The notes beneath the pieces were generated by a model. That model made no database searches and was not told the origin of the DNA. It saw only the letters and a program-made list of their open reading frames with translations. From a virus: a stretch of 41,278 nucleotides of DNA. Both the position numbers and the translations under genes were made by a program. The stretch lies in the IMG/VR virus record IMGVR_UViG_3300045988_122700. One strand, written 5' to 3'. The number at the start of each line of letters is the position of its first letter. Position 1 is the stretch's first letter. Positions 14,412-23,529 of the stretch are shown here, piece after piece.

Positions 14412-15326
14412 ATGAATACAGGGTTTATTGCTTTACATCGAAAATTGTTAGATAGTCCGATTTGGCAGGTTACGACAGTTGAGCAAAAAGTAATTTTAAT
14501 TACACTGCTTTTAATGGCAAATCATAGTGAGAAAAAGTGGTACTGGCAGGGTGAAGAATTCATTTGCCAACCGGGACAATTTATAACCAGCTTGCCTAAT
14601 ATCGTAAAAGCTTGTGGAAATGGGCTAACAGTCCAAAATGTAAGGACTGCGTTAAAAAAGTTTGAAAACATGAATTTTTTAACAGACCAATCAACAAAGA
14701 CTGGAAGGCTGATAACCATAGTAAATTGGCAGGTTTATCAAGGGAAAAGAGATGTCGATAACAGACAACCTAACAGTCAGCTAACAGAGAGCCAACAGAC
14801 ACCTAACAGACAACCTAACAGTCAGCTAACATCTAACAATAATGATAATAATATAACAATGATAAACAATGATAATAATAACGCGTGCGAGCAAACCCAA
14901 AAACCAATCGAGGTTAACGAAAAAGAAAAAGGCTTTGAGTTATTTTGGGAATTGTATCCGTCGAAACGGAAAAAGCCTGTTGCAAGAATAGCATGGATGA
15001 ATATGCGTGTACACTCGGAAGAACAGTATGCGTTGATTAATACTGCTGTTGAGCGATACAAAAAAACTAATCAGTGGCAGGAAGAAAACGGCAGGTACAT
15101 ACCTGATCCTGATACTTTCCTGCAGGATGAACGCTGGACGGATGAAATCAAATTGCCGGAAGCAGTGCAAGCTGCTGACAAGGAAGCCCAAGAGAAAGCC
15201 GAATGGATAGCAAAGAACAAGGAGCGCTGGGCAGCGATACCTCCGGAGAAAAGAAAGTACAGGCTGGCTTGTTTTATGGGGCTGGACTGGGAAGAAGTGA
15301 GGGATATGCCGTATGTTGGAACTTAG
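14412..15326 (+). CDS. Phage replisome organizer (N-terminal Phage_rep_org_N / DnaD-like) with an internal low-complexity Asn/Gln-rich segment
   Basis: MNTGFIALHRKLLDSPIWQ...ILITLLLMANHSEKKWYWQGEEF...QPGQFITSL matches replisome-organizer N-domains. The central region is encoded by the iteron DNA. Confidence 0.7.
   Translation: MNTGFIALHRKLLDSPIWQVTTVEQKVILITLLLMANHSEKKWYWQGEEFICQPGQFITSLPNIVKACGNGLTVQNVRTALKKFENMNFLTDQSTKTGRLITIVNWQVYQGKRDVDNRQPNSQLTESQQTPNRQPNSQLTSNNNDNNITMINNDNNNACEQTQKPIEVNEKEKGFELFWELYPSKRKKPVARIAWMNMRVHSEEQYALINTAVERYKKTNQWQEENGRYIPDPDTFLQDERWTDEIKLPEAVQAADKEAQEKAEWIAKNKERWAAIPPEKRKYRLACFMGLDWEEVRDMPYVGT
14761..14880. repeat. Iteron cluster plus an AT-rich tract inside the replisome-organizer gene; candidate phage origin of replication
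   Basis: The 26-bp unit acagacaacctaacagtcagctaaca occurs exactly twice (14761-14786 and 14806-14831, period 45 bp). CTAACAG heptamers recur about 7 times. An AT-rich tract follows (aataatgataataatataacaatgataaacaatgataataataa). Confidence 0.5.
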
Positions 15327-15963
15327 AGAGATAACGGCAGCTTATGAAGTGTGGCAGGCGGCGGGACTAAAGCCGAACTGGGTAAGCGAAGATGCAAAAA
15401 AAGCTATCGAAAGGCAAACCCTGGAGCGGTATAAATACACAGACATTGAGATGTGGGGCGATACTGTTGATTATATCGCTGATAATAATAAATATTGGCC
15501 AACATGGGCAGATATTAATAACACCTTATCAATCCTACGGCAAAATAAAATTCGCGAAGAAAAGAAAGCTATTGAGCGTAATTCTAAAGCGGCGAATGAG
15601 TTTGTGAAGAAGCTATTTGCTGACCTTGATGCTGGTAAAACATTTGGCGAACTACGGCAGCCAATAAGCGATAAGGTTAGAGCTGCAGCAAAGAGGATTT
15701 TTCCTGATGCCGACGATAGCTTTATAAAGCGTAATTGCAGCGATATCAGCTTTATCGCAGACGTCGAACGAAAATGCGCTGAATGTATTAACACTGTTGA
15801 TTGCCCATACAGCGGACATCAACCGTTTTTGAGAGTAGACAAAGAAAGCGGATTTACTTATGTGGTTGCTGATCGTGAACGGTGTTATAAATATCACCCG
15901 TTAGTGCCAGATGTAACACCTAAACAGTCAACACGTCGTCAAGGTGATTTAACTAAAGTTTGA
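15313..15963 (+). CDS. Hypothetical replication-module protein (216 aa); no Walker A motif, so not a DnaC/DnaB homologue
   Basis: The ORF overlaps the organizer stop. The C-terminal Cys cluster is CSDISFIADVERKCAECINTVDC. Confidence 0.5.
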   Translation: MLELREITAAYEVWQAAGLKPNWVSEDAKKAIERQTLERYKYTDIEMWGDTVDYIADNNKYWPTWADINNTLSILRQNKIREEKKAIERNSKAANEFVKKLFADLDAGKTFGELRQPISDKVRAAAKRIFPDADDSFIKRNCSDISFIADVERKCAECINTVDCPYSGHQPFLRVDKESGFTYVVADRERCYKYHPLVPDVTPKQSTRRQGDLTKV

Positions 15964-16259
15964 TTATAAGGCGCAAGGTAACGATGAAAAAGAAACTTTC
16001 GGAAAAAGATGCACCTAAGTTTATTGTTGTCAAAGAATGTGGGAAGAAAGTAATTTATGAACAGTTAGAAATAAAATACCCCCCAAATTCTAAAGAACAG
16101 GAAGAAGCAGATATACACCGATAGATTCATTTTAGTTAAAACGGCTGCCCAGCTACTGCCTCGGCACTATATACAAGCAATGTGGCGCAAAAGGGAAGTA
16201 TACCTGTGGAATGGCCTTACCACAGGGGGCAGCCTTTTAAATATAAGGAGTTGAAAATA

Positions 16260-16559
16260 TTGACTGAGTTACTGATAACGATACCGGGAGAACCGTGCGC
16301 ACAAGGTAGACCGAGGTTTAGTACAGCAGGAGGCTTTGTTAAAGCATATGATCCGGCAAAAAGCAGGAACTACAAAGCATATGTAAAGCTTATTGCGCAG
16401 GAAGAAATAAAAAACCAAGGCTGGAAATACACAGAATTGCCCTTAGCGGTCACGATAACAGCTTACATGAGTATTCCGACAAGCAAGTCTAAAAAGTTTA
16501 AACAGGAGGCTATTTTAGGCGGAGAGCGTCCCGCAAAGAAGAGCGTACAAAGACGATAA
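16260..16559 (+). CDS. rusA: RusA-family Holliday-junction resolvase (probably initiates at TTG 16260; the longer ORF from 16182 lacks an RBS)
   Basis: LLITIPGEPCAQGRPRFSTAGGFVKAYDPAKSRNYKAYV matches the RusA N-terminal pattern. AAGGAG at 16245-16250 lies 9 nt before the TTG. Confidence 0.6.
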   Translation: MTELLITIPGEPCAQGRPRFSTAGGFVKAYDPAKSRNYKAYVKLIAQEEIKNQGWKYTELPLAVTITAYMSIPTSKSKKFKQEAILGGERPAKKSVQRR

Positions 16560-16786
16560 GCAGATAGTAGCTGCTACAGTTAATAAGTGGTATGCAGAAG
16601 TACCGAGAGTTGAAGCATTAATAAGAATTATTTAGGACGGTGCTGTTAATGATTAATGTCAAAGTAATGCTAAATTTAATAAAAGATGAGCCGGAAAATG
16701 CTTATATACCAATAGTTAAGCCGGAGCTAGTTGCTCTGCTTAAAGAAGTGAAAATGCTGCGGTAGTGAGATAGGGCAATATATAGT

Positions 16787-17290
16787 ATGGACTATGATAA
16801 TGCGGTAAAAGGAGCTGAAAACGTGATAGATTGTGAAAAATGTTATAGGCTAAAAAGTTGCGGCGACAGATATTATTGTGCGTTTATAGGCTTAAATCCT
16901 TGTATTAGAGGAGAACATACACCAGTACAAGAGTATAAAGGTGCAGCAAATCCGTTAACATCGACAGATTTACGTTTAGCTCATTTACAAGAGCAACAAC
17001 GTAGGCGTGAGGAAGCTAGGGCGAGGAAAGAAACAGAAGCGGGAAAAGAACAATACAAGCCGCACAAAACTATGAAAGTAGTATTTAGGGATATTATGCA
17101 TAAACACAGTGGCATTCCGATGTTTCGACCGCCCGGAAATTCGGCATCATCTAAGGCGTTTGTTTGGAGTAATATGCATACAGTAATTTTCGAAATGGGG
17201 TTTGCTGGGTGGGATGTTCCGGCAATTGCTCAAAAGCTGGGCGTGGCGAAAAACACGTTATATTCGTACATTGGTAGATACAGGGGGTAG
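16787..17290 (+). CDS. Hypothetical Cys-rich protein with a C-terminal HTH-like segment (167 aa); possible late-gene co-regulator
   Basis: The N-terminal C-x2-C...C...C cluster is CEKCYRLKSCGDRYYC. The C-terminus is AIAQKLGVAKNTLYSYIGRY. It lies directly upstream of the ArpU-like gene. Confidence 0.45.
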   Translation: MDYDNAVKGAENVIDCEKCYRLKSCGDRYYCAFIGLNPCIRGEHTPVQEYKGAANPLTSTDLRLAHLQEQQRRREEARARKETEAGKEQYKPHKTMKVVFRDIMHKHSGIPMFRPPGNSASSKAFVWSNMHTVIFEMGFAGWDVPAIAQKLGVAKNTLYSYIGRYRG

Positions 17291-17293
17291 CAG

Positions 17294-17707
17294 ATGACTA
17301 TAGAGGAGATAAAGGCAAAGCTAAAAAGATATCGTTTCATTGCGGGAGAAATTAGTGACTTGCTAGATGAGCGGGAGCGTCTGCGGTCGCTTGCCGAAAA
17401 GATTACACCTTCGCTGTCCTTTGCTCCTGTACATGGTGCCAATACGGATAAAATGGCACCTGTGGTTGCCAATCTCATTGAGGTAGAGCGATATATTGAA
17501 AAACGCAGTAAAGAGCTTCTGCGGGCAAGAATGGAGGCAGAAAAACTGATTGATAGCTTATCGGACGAAAGGCATAGAGCAGTATTAAAAAGCTATTATT
17601 TTTCAAGGCGCAGCTGGGAAGAGTGCTGCGTAGCAGTGGGTTATGAGTGGGCGCAAATACATAGGATCCATTCGGGGGCATTATACGAGCTAAGAAAGAT
17701 GATATAG
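17294..17707 (+). CDS. ArpU-family / sigma-70 region-4-like late transcriptional regulator
   Basis: It is ~137 aa. The C-terminus RHRAVLKSYYFSRRSWEECCVAVGYEWAQIHRIHSGALYELRKMI resembles sigma region 4 HTH of ArpU/RinA-type late activators. It sits just upstream of the packaging genes. Confidence 0.55.
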   Translation: MTIEEIKAKLKRYRFIAGEISDLLDERERLRSLAEKITPSLSFAPVHGANTDKMAPVVANLIEVERYIEKRSKELLRARMEAEKLIDSLSDERHRAVLKSYYFSRRSWEECCVAVGYEWAQIHRIHSGALYELRKMI

Positions 17708-18094
17708 AATGATACCATGGACCCTTGATATAATATAAAGTGTAAAAATGTGAAATTGATATAACGCATACGCAGTAACCCGCTCACTATCCGAGCAAGT
17801 GGCAAACCGTATGTTATATATTTGCTATGGCGTTCGCCGTATGATGGCATATGATAGCTGCAATTTATCGTATGAATGATGCGGATAACTACCCATAGCC
17901 CCTACCGTGCGACTAGCAGCAGTCGCATTGGTAGTGTCAAAACAACGGCATGAGAGACGGTAACTGTACGCGGCCCGTGAAGAAGCCCATAGAACGCAGA
18001 GCACCATATCTGTAGACTTTGGGGTAGCCTTACCGGTGGGGCGAAACCCTGCCGTTGGGGTGATACAGCGGCATATTTATTGGAGAGTGATTAA

Positions 18095-18262
18095 ATGTTA
18101 GTAAAAGAACTAATAGAAAAGCTCAAGGAAATGCCTCAAGATGCACTAGCGATGTATGATTATGATTGTGAACTTGTTCCTATAGATAAAGCGGAAACGT
18201 ATACATTTGAAGGAACTATTGTTGTAGAACTTTCTACAGACTGGAACAAGAATATACGTTAA
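18095..18262 (+). CDS. Small hypothetical protein (55 aa)
   Basis: The RBS is ttggagagtgattaaATG. The ORF is short and was found by hand translation. Confidence 0.3.
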   Translation: MLVKELIEKLKEMPQDALAMYDYDCELVPIDKAETYTFEGTIVVELSTDWNKNIR

Positions 18263-18388
18263 TCTACATAAATAATTTAGTCTTAAAAAGCCGTTAAAAC
18301 ACGGTAATATATATCAGAATTTAGCATATAACTTAATACAAAGCACTTACTTATGTAGGTGCTTTTTTATTGACATGGTGGTGATTGA

Positions 18389-18700
18389 ATGAAGATGAAC
18401 CTAACCGGCAAGATCAGAAAGATAATAAAAGCTTTGGAAATGCGAGGGCTTATATACCTGTATTCAAGGGAGCAAGTATATAGTCAGAAGCTATCTAAGG
18501 TATGCACTATGTACAGAATAGATTACCTCATGCCATGGGAAGAATATAAAAAGAAATTTCCGGATAAGGCAGAGCGGAAAAAGAATAAGGGTGTAAGTGT
18601 TAGGGTCGAAATGGCAAGATCATTTAGGGAGATAGATATTTTGCTATATATTGTTGATGTATTGAAGGCAGGTGATGAAGGTGGAGAAGTTAACCATTAA
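18389..18700 (+). CDS. Hypothetical basic protein (103 aa), first gene of the late operon
   Basis: The RBS is ggtggtgattgaATG. It overlaps the terS start. Confidence 0.5.
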   Translation: MKMNLTGKIRKIIKALEMRGLIYLYSREQVYSQKLSKVCTMYRIDYLMPWEEYKKKFPDKAERKKNKGVSVRVEMARSFREIDILLYIVDVLKAGDEGGEVNH

Positions 18701-19085
18701 GCAAAAAGCTTTTGCTGATTATTATATACAGACTGGTAATGGGACAGAGGCAGCAAAACTAGCTGGATATAGTGAAAAGACTGCAAAAGTGATTGCGGCA
18801 GAAAACTTAACGAAACCAAACATAAGGTCATATATAGAAGAACGGCTTGCACCAATAGAAGGACGGCGAATAGCAACCGGTGATGATGTGCTTGAGTACC
18901 TAACCAGGGTAATGAATGGAGAGGAAAAAGATTCGTTTGGACTTGATACAAGCATAAGCGACAGAAACAAAGCAGCAGAGCTATTGGGCAAGCGTCTTTT
19001 GTTGTGGAAGGAACAAATTGATGTGTCAGGCACAGTAAACGTAGCACAGGTGTTAAAAGAAGCGCAGGAGCGTGCGAAGAAATGA
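18675..19085 (+). CDS. terS: Terminase small subunit (Terminase_2 / P27 family)
   Basis: LTIKQKAFADYYIQTGNGTEAAKLAGYSEKTAKVIAAENLTKPNI is the canonical TerS N-terminal HTH region. GTG at 18672 is an alternative start. Confidence 0.8.
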   Translation: MKVEKLTIKQKAFADYYIQTGNGTEAAKLAGYSEKTAKVIAAENLTKPNIRSYIEERLAPIEGRRIATGDDVLEYLTRVMNGEEKDSFGLDTSISDRNKAAELLGKRLLLWKEQIDVSGTVNVAQVLKEAQERAKK

Positions 19086-20530
19086 TCACCAAAGAAATGA
19101 TTGAATTTGTTGCGCGGTTTGAACATGATCCTGTTGGATTCGTTAAAGCTATGTATCCTTGGGGAGAAGGAGAGCTTGAAGGACAATACCCTCAAACGTG
19201 GCAACTTGAATTGTTAAGCAGTGTAGCAGAGAAAATGCAATATGATCCGATGAAGGTACAACGATATGCAACTGGCTCAGGGCATGGCATTGGTAAGTCT
19301 GCTGTAAATGCTTGGCTCATTGAGTGGGCGCTATATACTAAAGTCGATGCTAAAGCTGTAATCACTGCCAACACAGACACACAGCTAAGAACTAAAACAT
19401 GGGTGGAGTTGTCGAAGTGGCACAGGCTTAATATTGCTAGCGAAATGTTTGTTTATACAGCTACTTCACTATACAGCGCAGACCCAGCACATGAGAAAAC
19501 ATGGCGAGCCGATGCTATACCCTGGAGCAAAAGTAATCCGGCGGCATTCGCGGGCCTTCACAACAAAGGCAGCCGAATATTATTGGTGTTTGATGAAGCC
19601 TCAGAGATTGATGATGTCATTTGGGATGTTGCTGAAGGTGCAATGACGGATGATGATACAGAGATACTTTGGTTTGCGTTTGGGAATAGAACACGAAACA
19701 CAGGAAAGTTTAATGACTGCTTTGGGAAAGATAAAAGCCGATGGGATACACGAAAGATTGACAGCCGTACAGTAGAGGTAACCAACAAGCGACTATTACA
19801 AGAATGGGTAGATTATTACGGCATTGATAGTGACTTCGTGAAGGTTCGTATACTCGGAGAGCCGCCATCATCCGGTGAATATCAATTTATCGGGCGTGAC
19901 ATTGTCGAAGCTGCTAGAGCAAGGACATTGGATTACCACAGTTATCAATTCGCTCCTGCTGTTATTGGTGTTGACCCTGCATGGTTAGGCAAAGACGAAG
20001 CATCTATATACGTTCGCAAGGGTAACTGGAGTAAGTTGCTTTACACAGAAGCTAAGAGCGATGACCATAAAGCCTTTGCACACAGGATAGCTCTTTATGA
20101 GGACGAATACAGGGCTGCAGCTGTTTGCATTGATATGGGATATGGCACAGGCGTATACAGCGAAGGTAAAGCTCTTGGCCGCAGGTGGCACTTGATACCA
20201 TTCGCCAGTACAAAATGCGATATGGGATATTTCAATAAACGTGCTGAAATGTGGGGGAGTATTAAGCAATGGCTTATAGAAGGCGGCGCACTTGACCCGC
20301 TGGATAAAGATATAGCCGATGAACTAATGCTGCCGGAACTCGTTGCTAGCAATAATGGCACGATCAAACTGCAGCGTAAAGAAGATATGGCTTACAGTCC
20401 TAATAGGGCTGATGCTCTAGCGCTGACCTTTGCAGTTAGGCTCAAGGCAAGTTCATATGGACTGCCGGCGCAAAAAGCAAAAGCAGGCAAACAGGCATTG
20501 AGATATGACCCGTTAAAAGCTATGTATTAA
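19082..20530 (+). CDS. terL: Terminase large subunit
   Basis: It has 482 aa. The Walker A-like YATGSGHGIGKS is present. An acidic nuclease half follows. ATGA overlap with terS. Confidence 0.85.
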   Translation: MITKEMIEFVARFEHDPVGFVKAMYPWGEGELEGQYPQTWQLELLSSVAEKMQYDPMKVQRYATGSGHGIGKSAVNAWLIEWALYTKVDAKAVITANTDTQLRTKTWVELSKWHRLNIASEMFVYTATSLYSADPAHEKTWRADAIPWSKSNPAAFAGLHNKGSRILLVFDEASEIDDVIWDVAEGAMTDDDTEILWFAFGNRTRNTGKFNDCFGKDKSRWDTRKIDSRTVEVTNKRLLQEWVDYYGIDSDFVKVRILGEPPSSGEYQFIGRDIVEAARARTLDYHSYQFAPAVIGVDPAWLGKDEASIYVRKGNWSKLLYTEAKSDDHKAFAHRIALYEDEYRAAAVCIDMGYGTGVYSEGKALGRRWHLIPFASTKCDMGYFNKRAEMWGSIKQWLIEGGALDPLDKDIADELMLPELVASNNGTIKLQRKEDMAYSPNRADALALTFAVRLKASSYGLPAQKAKAGKQALRYDPLKAMY

Positions 20531-20569
20531 CTTTTAAATAAATCTAGCATAAAAGAAAGGGATGGTAAC

Positions 20570-20764
20570 ATGAGCAAAATTTTTAAAAGCCCATCATACT
20601 CTGCTCCTGCACCAGAAGCAACAGTAGTTGAGCCAGCAGCTCAAAGGGTAGAAGCGCCAACAGCTGACAACAACATCGCAGAAACAGCAGAGAAAAAGAA
20701 AAAACGCTATGGCTTTGCTAAGACTGTTGGTAGCGTAACTGGCGGCGACACATTGGGGGCGTAG
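20570..20764 (+). CDS. Hypothetical small protein (64 aa)
   Basis: The RBS is aaagggatggtaacATG. Confidence 0.4.
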   Translation: MSKIFKSPSYSAPAPEATVVEPAAQRVEAPTADNNIAETAEKKKKRYGFAKTVGSVTGGDTLGA

Positions 20765-20766
20765 CT

Positions 20767-22422
20767 ATGGAGATTACTTATAGCGATGCAAAGAAGCTGC
20801 ACAGCGCATTGTTTGCCGCAGAGGAATTCTCACGCCACAGGGAAATGTGGCTGCGTATCCAGGCTAAGCAAATACCGTTTTTGGGCGAACTTGGACAGAC
20901 AGACCAGCTTATTAAAAAGGACCGCGGCATTGTCGATATGACAGCATGGCGGTCTAATTTAATTTTTGCAGGCGGTATGGCAAATGGCAGCGTTCCGCAG
21001 ACTGTACAATGGTTTGACTTTGATGTAGAAACAGAAGATCAAGTGGCCAAAGAGATTGCACAGGGGCGCAGGGATACAGTCAGCCTTGCGCTTAATCATT
21101 CAAACTTTTATTCAGCTGTGCATTACGCATACCAAGAATTGACCTTTGGCCAGTCGCCGGTGGGAACATTCTTTGATCCATCAAGAGGTATTGTGTTTGA
21201 AAATTACAGTGTAGGCAGTTATGCTTATGCGCTTAACCAGTTCCGTGATGTAACTGCCTTTGCTGTCAAAAAGAAATTCACCTATAGACAACTTGCACAG
21301 AAGTTTGGTATTGAGAAGTGCCCGGATAAAGTTAAAAATGCTCTCAAAGAGAATAAAGGCACAGAAAGCACATTGAATTGTTACTGGCTATTAACACAGA
21401 ATCCTTCTATCAAGCATGATTCCTTTGGACCAGAAGGCAAAAGATACCTGTCATTGTATTGGGTAGAAGGAGAAAACGATTATATCAGCACTGGCGGGTT
21501 TGATGTTATGCCTATTGCTATTGCTCCTTACATTGTAATTCCTAATAGTAATTACAGCATCGGACCTGGTTGGTTTGCGGATAGTGATTGCGCAATGTTG
21601 TATGAACAGTTAAAGAATGGCTTTGCAAACATGACAATGCACAGCGAACCGCCTCTGCAAGCTCCAAGCGGTGTAGAAGTTGACTATAGGCCAGGTATGG
21701 TTACTGAGCTTGATGGAGTTAATCAGGGCAAGGTTGAATCACTCTTTAATGTTGCTCCTGCATTCCAGGCGATCTTTGAGGTTGCACAGCGTACTGAGAG
21801 CAATATCGAAGCTGCTTATAATGTCAACCTGTTTGCTATGCTCGAACAATCTAAGTTTGACGGTCAAGGCAGAACGGCCTTTGAACTTGAGCTTAGGCAA
21901 CAAGAAAAAATGCAGCTGCTGACTCCAATTGTTACCAGAATCAATCATGAGTTTTTGGGCAAGATTATCGAAGTTGTTTATTCGTACTATGAGCGCAACA
22001 ATGGTTTTGCTTCTGTACCGCCTGAATATGATGGGATTGACCTGGAAGTAAAATATGTATCGCCGCTGGCTCAGGTACAGAAAATGAGTGGCATGGAAGC
22101 GTATGAATATCTGCTGAATATGATCATGCAAGTGTCGCAGCTTAAACCTGAGATTGCAGGAATCTTAGATGCAGAAACATTCATTAGGGAGTTTGGCGAC
22201 AAGTCAGGCGCACCGCTTAAATTGCTCTTTGATCAGAAAGAGTATGCAGATATTCTGCAGCAGCAAGCACAGGCTGCAGAAGAAGAAAAACAGCTTGCGC
22301 AAATTACAACAGCAGCCCCAGCGGTCAATGACTTTGCCGATGCTGCAAGGAATGTTCAAGAAATGGCAACAGATGGTAGTAACCCAGCAGTAGAACAGCT
22401 TATGGCAAGCTTGCAGCAGTGA
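20767..22422 (+). CDS. Portal protein (putative)
   Basis: It has 551 aa and lies immediately downstream of terL. Size and position fit a portal. No motif was verified. Confidence 0.6.
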   Translation: MEITYSDAKKLHSALFAAEEFSRHREMWLRIQAKQIPFLGELGQTDQLIKKDRGIVDMTAWRSNLIFAGGMANGSVPQTVQWFDFDVETEDQVAKEIAQGRRDTVSLALNHSNFYSAVHYAYQELTFGQSPVGTFFDPSRGIVFENYSVGSYAYALNQFRDVTAFAVKKKFTYRQLAQKFGIEKCPDKVKNALKENKGTESTLNCYWLLTQNPSIKHDSFGPEGKRYLSLYWVEGENDYISTGGFDVMPIAIAPYIVIPNSNYSIGPGWFADSDCAMLYEQLKNGFANMTMHSEPPLQAPSGVEVDYRPGMVTELDGVNQGKVESLFNVAPAFQAIFEVAQRTESNIEAAYNVNLFAMLEQSKFDGQGRTAFELELRQQEKMQLLTPIVTRINHEFLGKIIEVVYSYYERNNGFASVPPEYDGIDLEVKYVSPLAQVQKMSGMEAYEYLLNMIMQVSQLKPEIAGILDAETFIREFGDKSGAPLKLLFDQKEYADILQQQAQAAEEEKQLAQITTAAPAVNDFADAARNVQEMATDGSNPAVEQLMASLQQ

Positions 22423-22431
22423 GGTGAGTAA

Positions 22432-22776
22432 ATGTTTGCAGATGATAAGCGCAAGGTAAAAGAATACGAAACATATAAAGCAAAGGCTTTGGCAGAAAAA
22501 GATGCCGAGGCCTTTCGTTGGTTATTGAACGATCACAGAGGGCGTTGGTTTCTCTCTAAGCTTGCAGATGAAGGGTTTGTGCATCAACCAACATCAACAA
22601 CTGATACAAACGCTATCTGTATGCGTGAGGGGCGAAGATCATTGGTTTTAGACCTACATAAGCAAATACGCACTCTAGGTATATCAGAAGAATTGTTGCT
22701 TGTCAGAGCTGATGGTGAGCGCAGAACATGGCGCAGCGATATTAAAGAAAGCTTTAGTCGAAAGGAGAAAAGTTAA
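22432..22776 (+). CDS. Hypothetical head-module protein (114 aa)
   Basis: ORF with RBS gaggtgagtaaATG. Confidence 0.45.
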   Translation: MFADDKRKVKEYETYKAKALAEKDAEAFRWLLNDHRGRWFLSKLADEGFVHQPTSTTDTNAICMREGRRSLVLDLHKQIRTLGISEELLLVRADGERRTWRSDIKESFSRKEKS

Positions 22777-22777
22777 T

Positions 22778-23503
22778 ATGTCAGATGATATTAAGACGAA
22801 TCACAAGCTAATCTTGCAACTTCATGCAGGAGAGGGGGAAGCTGATCTTGGCAATACGGAAGAACAGCAAGAAGCGCCACCGCCAGAACCGCAGGGTGAT
22901 AACCCGCCAGCAGAACCGGCAGTAGAACAGAAAGAAGCGGCTGCACCAAAAGAGGAAGAAGCTAAAAAGCCAGATGAGAAGTCAGAAGAAAAGCAGGATG
23001 ATGAAGTCCCTGTTATTGACGATGAATTTGTAAAAAACAAACTGACAGAGCTTCTGGGTGATGTAAATGACGAGAACATCACAAAAGAATCTATTGAAAA
23101 GCTGCAGGCGATTGGCATTACAGATCCTGATATGGCCAGTAGAGCATTGGAATATGTCTGTTCTGCTCATGTCGAAAAGTTATCAAATGATTGCGCAGAG
23201 TGCTTGAAACACTTTGGGGCGACAGAAGATAACTTGACGCCAGAGTATACCAAGGCTATGGATGATGCGAGAATTGCTCTAAATGCTATTGACGCAAAAG
23301 TCCCTGGGTTTAAAAAAGAAATTGATCAGGCAGCGCTTGGTAGCAATTTAAGAATGGTTTTGGCGTTGCAGAAGCTGCTACCTTTTGTCGGTGATGAAAA
23401 AGGCGGTATAAATAGCAACACTGGTGTTGGTGCGCAAAAATCAGAACAAGGTTTTATGGACACTGTGTTCGCAGGATATCCTAGCGAAGCAGACCTAAAA
23501 TAA
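22778..23503 (+). CDS. Scaffolding-like protein (acidic, Pro/Glu/Lys-rich N-terminus, helical C-terminus)
   Basis: aaaggagaaaagttaatATG. The composition is typical of scaffold proteins. It lies between the portal and capsid genes. Confidence 0.55.
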   Translation: MSDDIKTNHKLILQLHAGEGEADLGNTEEQQEAPPPEPQGDNPPAEPAVEQKEAAAPKEEEAKKPDEKSEEKQDDEVPVIDDEFVKNKLTELLGDVNDENITKESIEKLQAIGITDPDMASRALEYVCSAHVEKLSNDCAECLKHFGATEDNLTPEYTKAMDDARIALNAIDAKVPGFKKEIDQAALGSNLRMVLALQKLLPFVGDEKGGINSNTGVGAQKSEQGFMDTVFAGYPSEADLK

Positions 23504-23529
23504 AAACAAAGAAAAGGAAGGTAAAAAGA

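Noticed and set aside
18697-19204. Minus-strand ORFs 18697-19092 and 18722-19204
   Set aside because: They are shadows of the terS and terL genes.
21680-22131. ORFs 21680-21922 (+), 21739-22131 (-) and 22169-22393 (+) inside the portal gene
   Set aside because: They are alternative-frame shadows. The portal frame is continuous and of expected size.
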